Translations under genes and position numbers: made by a program
Assembly (NCBI RefSeq): GCF_009914755.1
Contig: NC_060938.1
Strand: one strand, 5' to 3'
Length of the DNA stretch: 64,000 nt
Source of the DNA: the human T2T-CHM13v2.0 reference genome, Homo sapiens
Part shown: piece after piece, positions 18,830 through 31,134 of the stretch
How the letters are laid out: every line of letters starts with the position of its first letter
Numbering within the stretch: the stretch's first letter is position 1
The notes under the pieces: model-generated
Seen by the model: the letters and a program-made list of their open reading frames with translations, nothing else
Told to the model about the DNA's origin: nothing
The model's database searches: none

Positions 18830-19760
18830 CCTGTGCACAGCCGCGCGGCCAGCACTCTGGCCAGCCTTGTAGCCCCCTTCCCCTTAGGGGGCCTCCTTCA
18901 GGAAGCCCCCGTCCCCTGCCTCCTTGTGGCCACGGTGACACCGGAACACTTCAGAGGGGCGGCTGGGGAGTTGGGGTGGGACGGGCTCTCCCGCAGCTGG
19001 AGCCGGTGTGTGACGCGGGAACGCGGCCAAGCGCGCCCCATCCAGGCGGCCTATCAGGAGCCGTCGTCGGACAATGGCTCCGCGCCTGACAACCCCGTCG
19101 TCCCCGTGCCGTCCCCCGAACTCCACATACCATGCGACGCGCGGCCAGCCCCCCGCCCCTGCCCGGCTGCTGGGAGGAAGTGACAGCGCCCCGCATCCCC
19201 CGCTGGGCAGGCCGGGCGCGCCCAGCCCCTGGGACGCAGGGACACAGCCGGGCCGCGCTGGGCCTTGGCCTCCGCCCGCGGGTTTTCCGCGGTTGCGGCG
19301 GGGCGGGGAAGGAGGGGCGGGCGGGGCGGGGCTGACTCTGCGACTATTTCAGGCCTTGCGGAACCCGGGCCAGGACAGTGGCGGCCAGGCCGGGACACGG
19401 TAAGTGACCTCCGCTTCCACACGTCCATTCCCCGCCGCTCCGCGCGGCTTCTCGCCCGCCCCTACCCCGAGGCCAGGCCGGATTCCCCGAGGAAAGAGCC
19501 TGTCGCCGCGGCGGGGACAGGAGGGGGCTGGACGCTTCCAGGGAAACTGAGGCCCTGGCGCGCCCAGCGTCCGCGCGTCCGGGCGCAGAGGGGCCAAGGC
19601 TGGCTGAGGGCCCGGGCCTGCCAGAGGCAGGGAGGGCGGGGCTGGGGCAGGCGCAGGGGTCTCCCCTCCATTACAGCAGAAAGGCCCCAGGTCCGGCGTG
19701 ACTCCCCGGCCGGGCGACACAGGCCGAGTCACTTCCTCGCCCGTGCCCGGGTGTCCTCAT
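18830..19760 (+). promoter_or_regulatory. TNFAIP2: TNFAIP2 CpG-island promoter and putative non-coding exon 1 (donor ACG|GTAAGT at 19399/19400)
   Basis: Dense CpG, tandem GC boxes at ~19314-19331 and a consensus donor; exact TSS cannot be read from sequence. Confidence 0.7.
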
Positions 19761-22225
19761 CGGGGGATGGGTGCGCCTTCCACATCCTGCCCAGGACTGA
19801 AGGAGCCGGGCCCAGCGAGCTCCCGGGAGGTGTGTGGACATCAGCCCTGACGGGGAAGGCGAGCCAGGTCAGTGGACCTGAGGAGAGGCCGGGCAGCAGG
19901 AGGCTGGGGGGCGCTGTTGAGCCACTGGCTGTGACCCCTCTACGAGCCTCCCAGCAGGCCCCTTCCTGCCTCAGTGGGCCCAACCAGCGGCAAGGCTCAA
20001 AGGAACGCCCCTCCTCCCCTTCTTCCTTTCTGGCTGCACCGGCTCGCTGCTGCCTGCAGGACAGACTCAGGACACAGGAGACTCACCCCCACTGAGGCCC
20101 AGCTAGGCGCCCAGCACTTGGCTGTGCGGTTTGGCCACATCCCCTCAGCAGCACTGTGGGGTGGGGGTCCTCATCCCCTTTTCAAAGACGGGGAAACGGC
20201 GGCTTGTGAAGGAAGGAGGTGTGCAGTCCACACACTAGTGAGAAGTGTGCTGAGCCCACACCGAAAGCGTTTCTCTTTCCATGGCACCAGCTGCCTCGGA
20301 GAGCGGAGACCTGGGGCGAGGCCCAGGGGGCTGCAGCAGGACCTTCAGGCGCTCTGGGTTTCGTGTCACAGAGGGGAGAAGGCGGTGATGCTGTGGGGGT
20401 CCTGCGGGAGCTGTGCCTGGAGGTGGGACAGAGCCTAGTACATGTGGGGTGGGACAGGGAAGGCTGAGGTGAGGCTGGCAGGGAGCATTGCTGGTAAGGG
20501 CCACCCTCCCCCACCCCAGGAGAATGGCAGAGGTGGGGCCTGGGCACCCAGGGTGGGGCTGAGTGGCCCTGCCAGACAGACCAGCTCCCGCGGGTGCTAG
20601 GCATGCACCTGAGAGGGGCTGGGAAGCGAAGTTGGGGCACCGGGTGGGGAGCAGAGGTGCCCCATGGCCTTGCCCCTGGGGCTCCCTGGAGCATGCCCCT
20701 CTTGGTCCTGGAGTGGAATGCTCAACCCAAATGGCACTAGGGAGGCCAGTGCCATCCAGGAGTGTGGGACTCTGCCCAGGGCACTGGGTGAGCATGGCAG
20801 GGGCTGGGGGTGGGAGGAGCCCAGGCTTCCTGTCCCTCAGGTGGCTCTGGCCAAGCCCCTCCAGGATGGGGACAGGGTAGTGGGGCTGGTGGAGGCAGCG
20901 GGGCCATGGGAAGAGTCGGATGGGCCCAGTCTGAGCCTCCATGGCTGCTGTGCTTGGGGCAAACACCTCCTACTCAGCCTCAGTTTCTCCTTCTGGATGG
21001 TGGATCATCCTGCCTGCCTTGCAGGGCTGTTTCAGGGGTCACTTGAAGTTACCATGATACATGAGACAAGGCTGCATGCATTTAGTCTTGGGGTGGGGCA
21101 GACAGGTGGCATCAAGGTTACAGGTCACCCCAGTTCTTGGGGAGGCCCAGCCCCTGCCTGCTTCCCCCTTTCAGATCAGCCATGCTCTTCTCCAGTGGAC
21201 CTGGCCTTGCTCTGACAATGGTCAGGTGCTGGGCAGGGACTCTGGGGAAGCTCGGGTCTTGCCTCTCTGGATGTAGCTTGCAGGATAGCTGGGGATGTGG
21301 AGGCAGGGGAAAGCTGGGCTCTGGGACCGGGTGGCCTGAGTTCCAAGCCCAAGCTATTGACTATAGGGACAGTTTAAGCCGAAATAACACCCTTCCAGAT
21401 GAGAGAAAGGAAGAGATGGGATGGGCACCCAGGAAGGCTGCAGAAACTGGAAGCCTTTGTGATGATGCTACGATCCCATTTGGGAGGGGGTGGGAGCCAG
21501 GAAGCCTGGGTTCTGGACCCGAGTTGCTGTGTGACTTCAGGCCGCCCTGTGACTTGCTGAGCCCCTTGCCCCAGTGATGTGTGAAAGGCTGTCTGAGGTC
21601 CCACCCACTGTGGCTTCTGTAGATCCTGGTCAGGCTCTGCCCCTTTCATGGCCCAGCTGGAGCAGCTGTGTTTCTGTGACCCCACCGCTGGATCAGAACT
21701 GGACAAGATGGCAGAGGGGCTGGGTCTGGGCAGGAGGAGGCTGGGTTCCAGTCTCAGGCCGGTTCTGGTGTTCTAGACCCCGGCATGTCCCAGACCTTTC
21801 TGGACCTCTGTTCCTGCTCTGTCCAAAGGGACAGAGCCCATGCCCCGCCTCTTCCCTAGGGTCCCGTGGGATCCAGGGAGGTGTCCATTGCCTGCTTCCT
21901 GCCCAGAGGGTGGGCTGGCAGGGAAGGATTTGCCCAAGTAAAGTGAAAGTCCCCCTCTGTGTGGCGGGCTTGGCGTCCCCAGCCTCTTCCTTGCTTCTGG
22001 GGCTGTGAAGTATTGGAAGGGGAGCTGTAGATGGTGAGATGCTCGTGGCCAGGGAGGAAGCACAGTTGTTGGTGCTCATCTGGGCCAGGAGATGAGCAGA
22101 GCCCCGGTGGCTGAATGGGTGAAACAGACTGAGTGTACTCAATGCAGCCAGCATAGCTGTGTGTCCAGCCTGGGAGCCAGGGCCGGTCCATGGTGACCAC
22201 TGATGCCTTCACCCCCACCCCGCAG

Positions 22226-22373
22226 GAGCCTGCAGGCCTGAACCAGGGTGATGCTGAAGATGATGACCTTCTTCCAAGGCCTCTAGAGCCATCAGCCTGT
22301 GCCAGGCACCCTCGACTTGCCTAGAGGCCCCCAAAAGTTGCAGTCCACATCAGAGGCAGAGTCAGAGGCCTCC
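22226..22373 (+). other. TNFAIP2: TNFAIP2 5'UTR portion of exon 2, containing an in-frame uORF (22251-22286)
   Basis: Acceptor cccgcag|GAG; ATG CTG AAG ATG ATG...CTC TAG. Confidence 0.75.
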
Positions 22374-22608
22374 ATGTCGGAGGCCTCCTCTGAGGACCTG
22401 GTGCCACCCCTGGAGGCTGGGGCAGCCCCATATAGGGAGGAGGAAGAGGCGGCGAAGAAGAAGAAGGAGAAGAAGAAGAAGTCCAAAGGCCTGGCCAATG
22501 TGTTCTGCGTCTTCACCAAAGGGAAGAAGAAGAAGGGTCAGCCCAGCTCAGCGGAGCCCGAGGACGCAGCCGGGTCCAGGCAGGGGCTGGATGGCCCGCC
22601 CCCCACAG
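22374..22608 (+). CDS. TNFAIP2: TNFAIP2 (M-Sec/B94) first coding exon
   Basis: ATG TCG GAG...; MSEASSEDLVPPLEAG...[28 protein letters not shown]; donor CAG|gtgctc. Confidence 0.95.
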
Positions 22609-22920
22609 GTGCTCTAGGACCCTGGGTTAGAGCTAGTCTGGGGCCTGGACGGGGTTGGCGCTCATCCGCGTGAGTGAGCCACTTGCACAGTGGGCCGGCA
22701 AGTGGGGCTGGAAGGCGCGTCTGTCTCCCTGCTTTCACCTGTGCCGCAATCTGGGGGGCTGGGAGGCCTTCAGCCTAGTCAGGGACACCGACATCACCCT
22801 TTAGGGTGTTGGCCGCCGGCCCTGTGCGCGTCTAGGGGAGGACGGTCCCGCTTGGCGCTGGCCGCCCCGCCCGGTGGGCGGTGGGCTGGGGCCGGGGCTG
22901 ACGCGGCTTTCCCGGCGCAG

Positions 22921-23545
22921 TGGAGGAGCTGAAGGCGGCGCTGGAGCGCGGGCAGCTGGAGGCGGCGCGGCCGCTGCTGGCGCTGGAGCGGGAGCTGGCG
23001 GCGGCGGCGGCGGCGGGCGGTGTGAGCGAGGAGGAGCTGGTGCGGCGCCAGAGCAAGGTGGAGGCGCTGTACGAGCTGCTGCGCGACCAGGTGCTGGGCG
23101 TGCTGCGGCGGCCGCTGGAGGCGCCGCCCGAGCGGCTGCGCCAGGCGCTGGCCGTGGTGGCGGAGCAGGAGCGCGAGGACCGCCAGGCGGCGGCGGCGGG
23201 GCCGGGGACCTCGGGGCTGGCGGCCACGCGCCCGCGGCGCTGGCTGCAGCTGTGGCGGCGCGGCGTGGCGGAGGCGGCCGAGGAGCGCATGGGCCAGCGG
23301 CCGGCCGCGGGCGCCGAGGTCCCCGAGAGCGTCTTTCTGCACTTGGGCCGCACCATGAAGGAGGACCTGGAGGCCGTGGTGGAGCGGCTGAAGCCGCTGT
23401 TCCCCGCCGAGTTCGGCGTCGTGGCGGCCTACGCCGAGAGCTACCACCAGCACTTCGCGGCCCACCTGGCCGCCGTGGCGCAGTTCGAGCTGTGCGAGCG
23501 CGACACCTACATGCTGCTGCTCTGGGTGCAGAACCTCTACCCCAA
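22921..23545 (+). CDS. TNFAIP2: TNFAIP2 coding exon (625 nt, CpG-rich)
   Basis: gcgcag|TG GAG...CCC AA|gtgagc; EELKAALERGQLEAARPLL...LLLWVQNLYP. Confidence 0.95.
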
Positions 23546-25655
23546 GTGAGCAGACCAGGGGCTGGGCCCGGGCCGGCAGGGAGGGTGTCCTCTGTAGGAG
23601 GGGTGTCGAGGGGTGTCGAGGTGTGCCGCCGGCAGCTTTTAGTGAGGTCGGTGTTTGCAGAGTTTTGGGTCCGAGAATGCAGGGGTGGGACTTGGACTCC
23701 CTGGGGCAGAGCCTGGACAGGCAGAGACTGGGCCTGGACACAGGGATAAGGCTGGGGCTGGGTCTGCGTTGCTCTTGGAATCCTTAATTTCCTGGGCCTC
23801 AGTCACATTCTGCTGTTGGGGAAACTGAGGCACAGAAAATGGTAGGGATTTCATTCACGAGCGCCCAGTCTGAGGAGGGGGCAAAGCAATCAATAACCAT
23901 CCAGAGCTGGAAGGGCTGTGGCAGCAGAGGCCAGGCCCCGTGCAGAGCATGGGCCCAAAGCAGGCCTGGAGAAGTCAGGGAAGCCAGCCTGGAGGAGGTG
24001 AAAGCCAGCGGTCCTTCTCTGAGCCAGGGAATCAGGCCAGGAGGCAGGAGGAGGGGTGATAGGGCAGGTAGGGGAGAAGGTGAGAGGAAGGTCGGTGCTC
24101 CTGAGCATGTCCTCTTCCAGGGCACTCTGGAGCTGAGCAGAGCTATGCGGGCACCCCCAGGCAGGAGAGTTCCAAGTGATGGGCTAGGGCCACGTGTCTT
24201 GTTAGACCCCCATTGTGTAGGGTTACCCTGTGAGCCCGCCGCAGAGCTGGAGCCCCTCAGGTGGGAGGCTGGCTGTGCAGCTGGTACCCCTGCTGAGTAC
24301 AGCCTCAGGCGTCCCTTGACTCCATAGATCCCTGGGCGTGCCCGTCATTCGCACGGTCTGCATGGAGAGAGGCTTACTGCAGTGTGGAAAGGCCCAGGGC
24401 GGGGGAGTCCAGGGGCTGTTATTGTGGGGCTTGGCCACTGCTGGCCCCAGATCCTAGTGTGAAACTTTAGGAAGGAAGCCTGGAGGTATAGACAGTGTGG
24501 GCAGTGTCTGCCGTCTCGGGGGCCTTGGGTGGCCTGTGGGCTCAGTTCGTGTTGAAGGGTCAGCCTCTGGCAGAAGGATAGAGAAAGGGTCCAGTGGAGA
24601 GGGTGGGAGAGGAGTCAGCAGGGCATAGGGGAACTGGCACAGGGCAGGGGCCACGGGAGAGATAACCCAGCCCAGAGCCAGTTCCCGCTTGCTCGTCCTG
24701 ACTCACCAGGAAATGCCGGGCACCTGCACCCCTGCCTGCCAGTCTTTCTGTCCCAGTGACCTCGGGGTCTGCTGGCCTGGGGTTAGCAACAGGCAACTAA
24801 AGCCAAGCTGGGCATGGAGCCCTGGTGAGAGGGTGCCCAGGGGGGCATCGTTGAAGCCTGTGTGCCAGAAATGTGGGGAACGGAGGGACACAGCTGCATC
24901 TGGATTGGGTGAGGGGCAGAGAGAAGGTCATTTGTAAACCTCTAGGCAGACAAAGGGCCCTTAGGAAGTGCCAGGGCTGGGCAGTCCCCTGGGAGCTCTG
25001 GGGCGCTGCAGAGGCGCCAGGACAGTGAGCCAAGATGCGTCTGTGGAGCAGTTTGGGGCAGCCCTTCCTGCCCATTCTGGCCTACCCCTGGGATTGGGAG
25101 GTGGCCGGGGCTGGTGAGATGCCCAAGACCTGCAGGGCTGGAGCGCAGTGGGCTGGGAGCTGGCTGGATTCCAGGGCTGCTGTGAGTAGGAGCAGGGTTT
25201 TATCTGGGTGACAGGTAGTCTTGGAGCAGGAAGAAGATCAGATCTTAAAGGTGGCTCTGGCTGCTGGGTGAAGAAGGAATTGTTGGAGGTGAGGGAAGGA
25301 GCAGAGAGGCCGGGAGGAGGCTTTTGCAGTGAGCCAGCGGGGAGCTGATGGGAGCCGGCCAGGGCGCCAGAGTGGCATGAGGCTGCTGATTTTGGGGGCT
25401 ATTTTGGAGCAGGACCTAATGGGGGGGGGGTGGTGAGAGAGTCAGAGGAGGCATGATGACTTCAGAGTTTCTGTTCCAAACCAAACTAAGTAGATGGAGG
25501 ACCCATCATCTGAAATGGGGACCGGGTGGGGGTGCGGGAGGGTGTGCTGGGCAGTCTGGGCCTGCCAGAGACCAAGGCTGAGGGCCTGGGCTCTAGCTTG
25601 AGTGGTGGTGCTGATTTGGTATAGTTGTCCTCATGCCAGCCTCCCCTGCCTGCAG

Positions 25656-25770
25656 TGACATCATCAACAGCCCCAAGCTGGTGGGTGAGCTGCAGGGTAT
25701 GGGGCTCGGGAGCCTCCTGCCCCCCAGGCAGATCCGACTGCTGGAGGCCACATTCCTGTCCAGTGAGGCG
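25656..25770 (+). CDS. TNFAIP2: TNFAIP2 coding exon
   Basis: tgcag|T GAC...GCG|gtgagt; 115 nt; DIINSPKLVGELQGMGLGSLLPPRQIRLLEATFLSSEA. Confidence 0.93.
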
Positions 25771-25917
25771 GTGAGTCTCCACCTGGGCCAGGGAGGGGCA
25801 GGGAGGCAGCAGAGGAGAGGCTCGGAGACAGACAGGACATGGGCAGGGAGCTTGACGGGTCTTCCAGGTGAGCGAGGTGAGGGATAGTGCCCCAGTGACC
25901 TGCCCCTCCTCCTCCAG

Positions 25918-26040
25918 GCCAATGTGAGGGAGTTGATGGACCGAGCTCTGGAGCTAGAGGCACGGCGCTGGGCTGAGGATGTGCCTCCCCAGAGGCTGGA
26001 CGGCCACTGCCACAGCGAGCTGGCCATCGACATCATCCAG
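25918..26040 (+). CDS. TNFAIP2: TNFAIP2 coding exon
   Basis: ctccag|GCC...CAG|gtactg; 123 nt. Confidence 0.93.
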
Positions 26041-26230
26041 GTACTGCAATCTGCCCCAGGGCACACGTACCGCCCGTGCACGTGCATGGGGAGCCCCACG
26101 CACATTCCGTCCTGTGTGCATACCCATGCCCACCTCGGGGCACCCCCTCTGTTCCCGCCTGTTTCCTCCCCGTCCCCTGCCCCCTTGTCCAGGCGAGCCC
26201 CTGCTCAGCTCACCCACCACCACCCTGCAG

Positions 26231-26331
26231 ATCACCTCCCAGGCCCAGGCCAAGGCCGAGAGCATCACGCTGGACTTGGGCTCACAGATAAAGCGGGTGC
26301 TGCTGGTGGAGCTGCCTGCGTTCCTGAGGAG
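26231..26331 (+). CDS. TNFAIP2: TNFAIP2 coding exon
   Basis: ctgcag|ATC...GAG|gtgggt; 101 nt. Confidence 0.93.
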
Positions 26332-26967
26332 GTGGGTGTGTGCCCAGGATGGGGTCCCTGTAGCCACCGCTCTCAGAGCCACGGCCCCTCCCTAGTGCCT
26401 CAGGTGGGGAGCTGAGCTGGATCCCCGCCCTCTACCCCTGTCCCTGTCATTCTGAGCCAGGAGTTGTTTCCCACTCAGCCAGGGCACTGAGAGCCTCAGG
26501 TGGTCTGACCTCCACCAGGATTCAACGTGGGAGCCTCTTGCGCCCACCCCATCAGCAAAGCTCTCAGCAGAGCAGCCTCTAGCTTCAAAGAGGATACCCC
26601 AGGAGGGACTGAGACCCCGCCACCCCTTCATACAACACTCCTAGTCTCCACCACCTGAATTCTCTCTGCTCTCTCCCTCTCGACCTCTGAGGGCTTCTCC
26701 AGCCAACCACACGCTCACTCCTACCTGGTCTCCCAACTCTAGAGAGGGCCTGGGAGCAGCAGAGATGGGCTGGTACCCTCTTCAGGAGCCCAAGCCTTAG
26801 CTTGTGAAGCCAGTTCCATGATGCCCAGGGGCTAGCGGCCCCTCCCTTGGCTATGGGCAGCCAAACAGAAAAGTGAACCCCAGGAGCTGGCAGGGAGGGC
26901 AGGGAGGCTGCTGCTGTGGTCCCAGTGTTTGGGCTGGTCCTGAATGTGCCCCTTCTGGTTTCGCCAG

Positions 26968-27066
26968 CTACCAGCGCGCCTTTAATGAATTTCTGGAGAG
27001 AGGCAAGCAGCTGACGAATTACAGGGCCAATGTTATTGCCAACATCAACAACTGCCTGTCCTTCCG
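26968..27066 (+). CDS. TNFAIP2: TNFAIP2 coding exon
   Basis: cgccag|C TAC...CG|gtgaga; 99 nt; YQRAFNEFLERGKQLTNYRANVIANINNCLSF. Confidence 0.93.
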
Positions 27067-27554
27067 GTGAGAGTGTTGGGAGGGGCTTGCGGGAGTGGGA
27101 GTCACTCAGCGGGCAGGAGAGGGGAGCTGGAAGGTGGAGGGAGGAGGAGCTGCTTAGGCCAAGAAGTGGAATTCAAACCAGCAACATGTGTGAGGACTCC
27201 ACGGCCTGCAGCAGCAGCAGCAAACATTTCCCAAGTGCTGGCTGGGGCAAGCACACAGGCAGATGTTTCACCCATTATCTTATCCTTAAAGCAACCCTGT
27301 GAAGTAGGTATAGTGATCTGTCTATTAGGCAGATGGGCAAACCACTGGAGGAGGCTCACTTGCCCCCAGTTACAAGGGGATGTAGTGGAGGAGTGTCCTG
27401 AGGGCATGGAGAACATGGATGGGAGGACTTGATCCCATAGAGAATGGGGAGCCATTGAGGGTTCTAGAGTGAAGAGAGGGGGCTGTCTGGCTCCCTGGGT
27501 ATGGGGCTATAGGCTGAGCAGGGCTGGGGTGACCTCTCTGCCTCCACCTTCCAG

Positions 27555-27678
27555 GATGTCCATGGAGCAGAATTGGCAGGTACCCCAGGACACCCTGAGC
27601 CTCCTGCTGGGCCCCCTGGGTGAGCTCAAGAGCCACGGCTTTGACACCCTGCTCCAGAACCTGCATGAGGACCTGAAG
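27555..27678 (+). CDS. TNFAIP2: TNFAIP2 coding exon
   Basis: ttccag|G ATG...AAG|gtagcg; 124 nt. Confidence 0.93.
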
Positions 27679-27900
27679 GTAGCGGGAGCCTCTTGCCCTC
27701 AGGAGCCCAGTGTTGGGGGGTTCCCAGGGAGGGACTGGGAGGTGCCCCCAGGGAGGAGTGGCAGAAGCAAAGATGTGGGGAAGACACGCTCCAGGCCTGT
27801 GGACGGCACCGTGGGCCAGCTCTGGTGCAGCGGTGATGCCCGGTTGGGGACCCTAGCAGGCTCTGAACTCCGCCGATCATGTCCTGGGGTTTCACCTGAG

Positions 27901-27980
27901 AGGGGCCGCCTGGGGCTGGGAGGGGCCGCCTGGGGCTGGGAGGGGCCGCCTGGGGCTGGGAGGGGCCGCCTGGGGCTGGG
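27901..27980. repeat. 20-nt perfect tandem repeat x4 (AGGGGCCGCCTGGGGCTGGG)
   Basis: Seen directly, in a TNFAIP2 intron. Confidence 0.95.
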
Positions 27981-28665
27981 AGGGCCTGGAAAAGTTTCAC
28001 TGCCCCTCCCCGATTCAGACACAGCCCAGTCCCAAGCCTGCAGACACCTTTCCTTCAATCCCCTCAGCCCCTCCTATCCACCCCCATCCCCGCGCCTGAC
28101 TCCCAGCAACTGAGGCTCAGGGTCATCGGCAGCTGGGGTTATATCTGTTATGGGCCAAGAAATCCACAGAAAATGCTGTGAAAACAAGTAGTTCCTTTAG
28201 CAGGGTGTAAAGTGGGGGGTCTCTCAAAAGGAAGGGGAGAGGTTCTCTTCCCGGTGTCAGGGACTAGCGGCCATGGGTGGCCTGAGTGTGGTGGAAGCCC
28301 GAGCGGTGACCCCACATCCCCTGGTACTGATCTCCCTGGCCCAGCCAAGCACAAGGTCTTGTTTATGAAGGAATTTATTTATTTAAGTGGCAGTGGACTT
28401 GGCCTCCGGGCCGGCAGACAGGCTCTCCTGGCTCCTGAGCCGCACTGGGTGACCTTGGATAAGGGTGCACAGAGCCGGCTCCCACTTCCTGTCTGTGAGC
28501 AGGGACCTGAGGTTGGCCCGGGTTCCCTGGGAGTCCTTGAGTGCCCCCCGCCCCTCCACCAGGCACATGTGTCGGTGTGTGTCTGTGTCTGCGTGTCTGC
28601 GTGTCTGCGGCTGGCAGCCCTTCCTCTCCAGGGCGTGACTAGACATCCTGCCTCTCCTGTCTCAG

Positions 28666-28788
28666 CCACTGTTCAAGAGGTTCACGCACACCCGCTGGGC
28701 GGCCCCTGTGGAGACCCTGGAAAACATCATCGCCACTGTAGACACGAGGCTGCCTGAGTTCTCAGAGCTGCAGGGCTGTTTCCGGGAG
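28666..28788 (+). CDS. TNFAIP2: TNFAIP2 coding exon
   Basis: tctcag|CCA...GAG|gtgagg; 123 nt; PLFKRFTHTRWAAPVETLENIIATVDTRLPEFSELQGCFRE. Confidence 0.93.
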
Positions 28789-28844
28789 GTGAGGAGGCTC
28801 TGGGCTGGTGGCTGGGTCTTGGGGAGTTGGGGGCAGCCCGGACA

Positions 28845-29160
28845 CGCACACTAGCACGTCTGTGTACACTCACGCACATGTGCTCACACGCGCACATGTG
28901 AACACACGTGAATGCACGAGCATGTGAACACGTGCACATGTGAACACACGTGAAGGCACGAACATGTGAACGCACGAGCATGTGAACACACACATGTGAA
29001 TGCACGAGCATGTGAACACATGCACACATATGAACACACGTGAAGGCACGAGCATGTAAACACACACATGTGAACACGTGAACGCATGCACATGTGAACA
29101 CACACGCATGTGAACGCATGAGCATGTGAACGCACACATGTGGACGCACGAGCACGTGTG
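28845..29160. repeat. CACATGTGAA/CACGTGAA-type degenerate repeat
   Basis: Seen directly, in a TNFAIP2 intron. Confidence 0.9.
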
Positions 29161-29277
29161 CAGTCTTTTGCTCTGGCATCTGCCTCTCTCTGGAGGCCTG
29201 GCTACAAGGCTTCAAGGGAGGTGGCGAGCTCCCCATCAGCAGACAGCTCACACGCCCCTGGCTGCTTGCCCTCCCAG

Positions 29278-29433
29278 GAGCTCATGGAGGCCTTGCACCT
29301 GCACCTGGTGAAGGAGTACATCATCCAACTCAGCAAGGGGCGCCTGGTCCTCAAGACGGCCGAGCAGCAGCAGCAGCTGGCTGGGTACATCCTGGCCAAT
29401 GCTGACACCATCCAGCACTTCTGCACCCAGCAC
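29278..29433 (+). CDS. TNFAIP2: TNFAIP2 coding exon
   Basis: tcccag|GAG...CAC|gtaagc; 156 nt. Confidence 0.93.
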
Positions 29434-29597
29434 GTAAGCCGCTGCCCACCTCTCCCAAGCCCCTCTGAAATGGCTGCCTCTTCTCCCCTAGCCCTTTCAG
29501 GGTCGGAGATAGGCCGCTGGTGCCTCTCTAAGCCCAACGAGTCGCTGACCCGAGCCTCTGGACCCCTGGGTCCCTCCAACCACACCCACTCCTGCAG

Positions 29598-29719
29598 GGC
29601 TCCCCGGCGACCTGGCTGCAGCCTGCTCTCCCTACGCTGGCCGAGATCATTCGCCTGCAGGACCCCAGTGCCATCAAGATTGAGGTGGCCACTTATGCCA
29701 CCTGCTACCCTGACTTCAG
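29598..29719 (+). CDS. TNFAIP2: TNFAIP2 coding exon
   Basis: ctgcag|GGC...CAG|gtgaga; 122 nt; GSPATWLQPALPTLAEIIRLQDPSAIKIEVATYATCYPDF. Confidence 0.93.
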
Positions 29720-30249
29720 GTGAGAACCTGGGGCACCTCAGGACCACTGTCACATCACTGTGGCCAAGGCCTCACAGGGCTGGCATTGGGAACCCAGATC
29801 CTGGCAGCTGCCCACGTGCCAGTCACTGTGTGAACCTCACCAGGGGCTCATTCTTGTGGCCTTCACCACAGCACTACGAGGACAATACTTCCCATTCCCG
29901 TTTCACAGAGGAGGCCTGGAGAGCTCACAGGATGTGTCCAAGGTGACACGGCTAGTTAGTGTCTGGCTGCATGGCCCACACTCTTAGCTTTACCTGACAC
30001 TGCCTCTCACAGGGGAGACTGAGACCAGAGAGGCCAGCTTCACCCAGCCTGGGGGGCCTCTGCGGCCTAGGCCTATGCTCTGGGACCAGGGCTCATATTC
30101 GGGAGTGGAGGCTTAGCCCTTGGCTGCCTGAAGTTCTGGTGGGCCAGGGACATTGTTTCTTCCTGGGCTGGGTCCTCTGACATGTTAGGGTAAGTTTGAA
30201 TGGGTCTTGACAGGGTTGACCCCAGCTTCGCCAAGTCCAGTCCCTGTCT

Positions 30250-30610
30250 GATCCATTCCACCCATTCATTCATTCACCCACCATACAAGCACCCATCTGC
30301 TCATCCACCCATTCCTTCACCCATCTGGCTATCCGTCTATCTTCTCACCCACTCATCACCTGTCTACCCATCCACCCACCCACCCACCCACCCGTCTATC
30401 CATCCATCTATTCATCCACCTACCCATGTAAGCACCCATCCACCCATCTACTCATCCATCCACCCCTCCACCCATTTAGCTATCCATCCACTCAACCACT
30501 CACCCACCCACCCATCCACCCATGCATCTACTCACTCATCCATGCTCCCATCCCTCCACCCATCTAGCTCTCATCCATCTGCTCACCCACCCACCATCCA
30601 TCTACCTATG
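30250..30610. repeat. (CCAT/CCAC)n simple repeat
   Basis: Seen directly. Confidence 0.9.
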
Positions 30611-31134
30611 CCACCAACAATTATGGAGAAGTCTGCTAGGTGTCAGCCTCTGTTCTAGTTACCAGGATGCAATGAAGTACAAGGGAAGCCAGGTCTCAGT
30701 CCTCCCTTAAGTAGCTCATTCTGTTGAGGGCCAGCAATACTAATGACATAATCAGGCAAAGAAACAGACAATTACAAGTTGTAAATAGGGTTTAACCAAG
30801 GTTGTGAATGATAGGAGGTGCCGACTTTAGAGACAAGAAAGCCTTTTGGGGGTGGACATCTTAGCGGAGACCTAAGGGGTGGGAAGAGGCGGTCATCTCA
30901 GGGCCTGGGAAGAACATTGCAGGGGAACAGCCGGTGCGGAGGCCTGAAGCAGGCTGGGGCATGGCTGCTCTTGGGACCATCAGGTGGAGGGCATGGGTGA
31001 GGGAGAGTGAAGTGCAGCCCCCTCGTGGGCCGGGCGTTGGCTGTCGGGCCCTGTGGCACTGGCCGGGAGTGCAGGGAGCTGGTGAGTAGGGGTGTGGGTG
31101 ACAGGCTGGGCTGACAGGATGCTCTCTTTGCCAG

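Noticed and set aside
22794-23741. 315-aa minus-strand ORF and 291-aa alternative-frame ORF over the large TNFAIP2 exon
   Set aside because: Expected shadow ORFs of a GC3-rich coding exon; low-complexity translations with no independent support.
25861-25873. CTTCCAG|GTGAGC, a recursive-splice-like site in a TNFAIP2 intron
   Set aside because: The intron is only 147 nt, and use as a donor would leave a 50-nt intron; probably chance.
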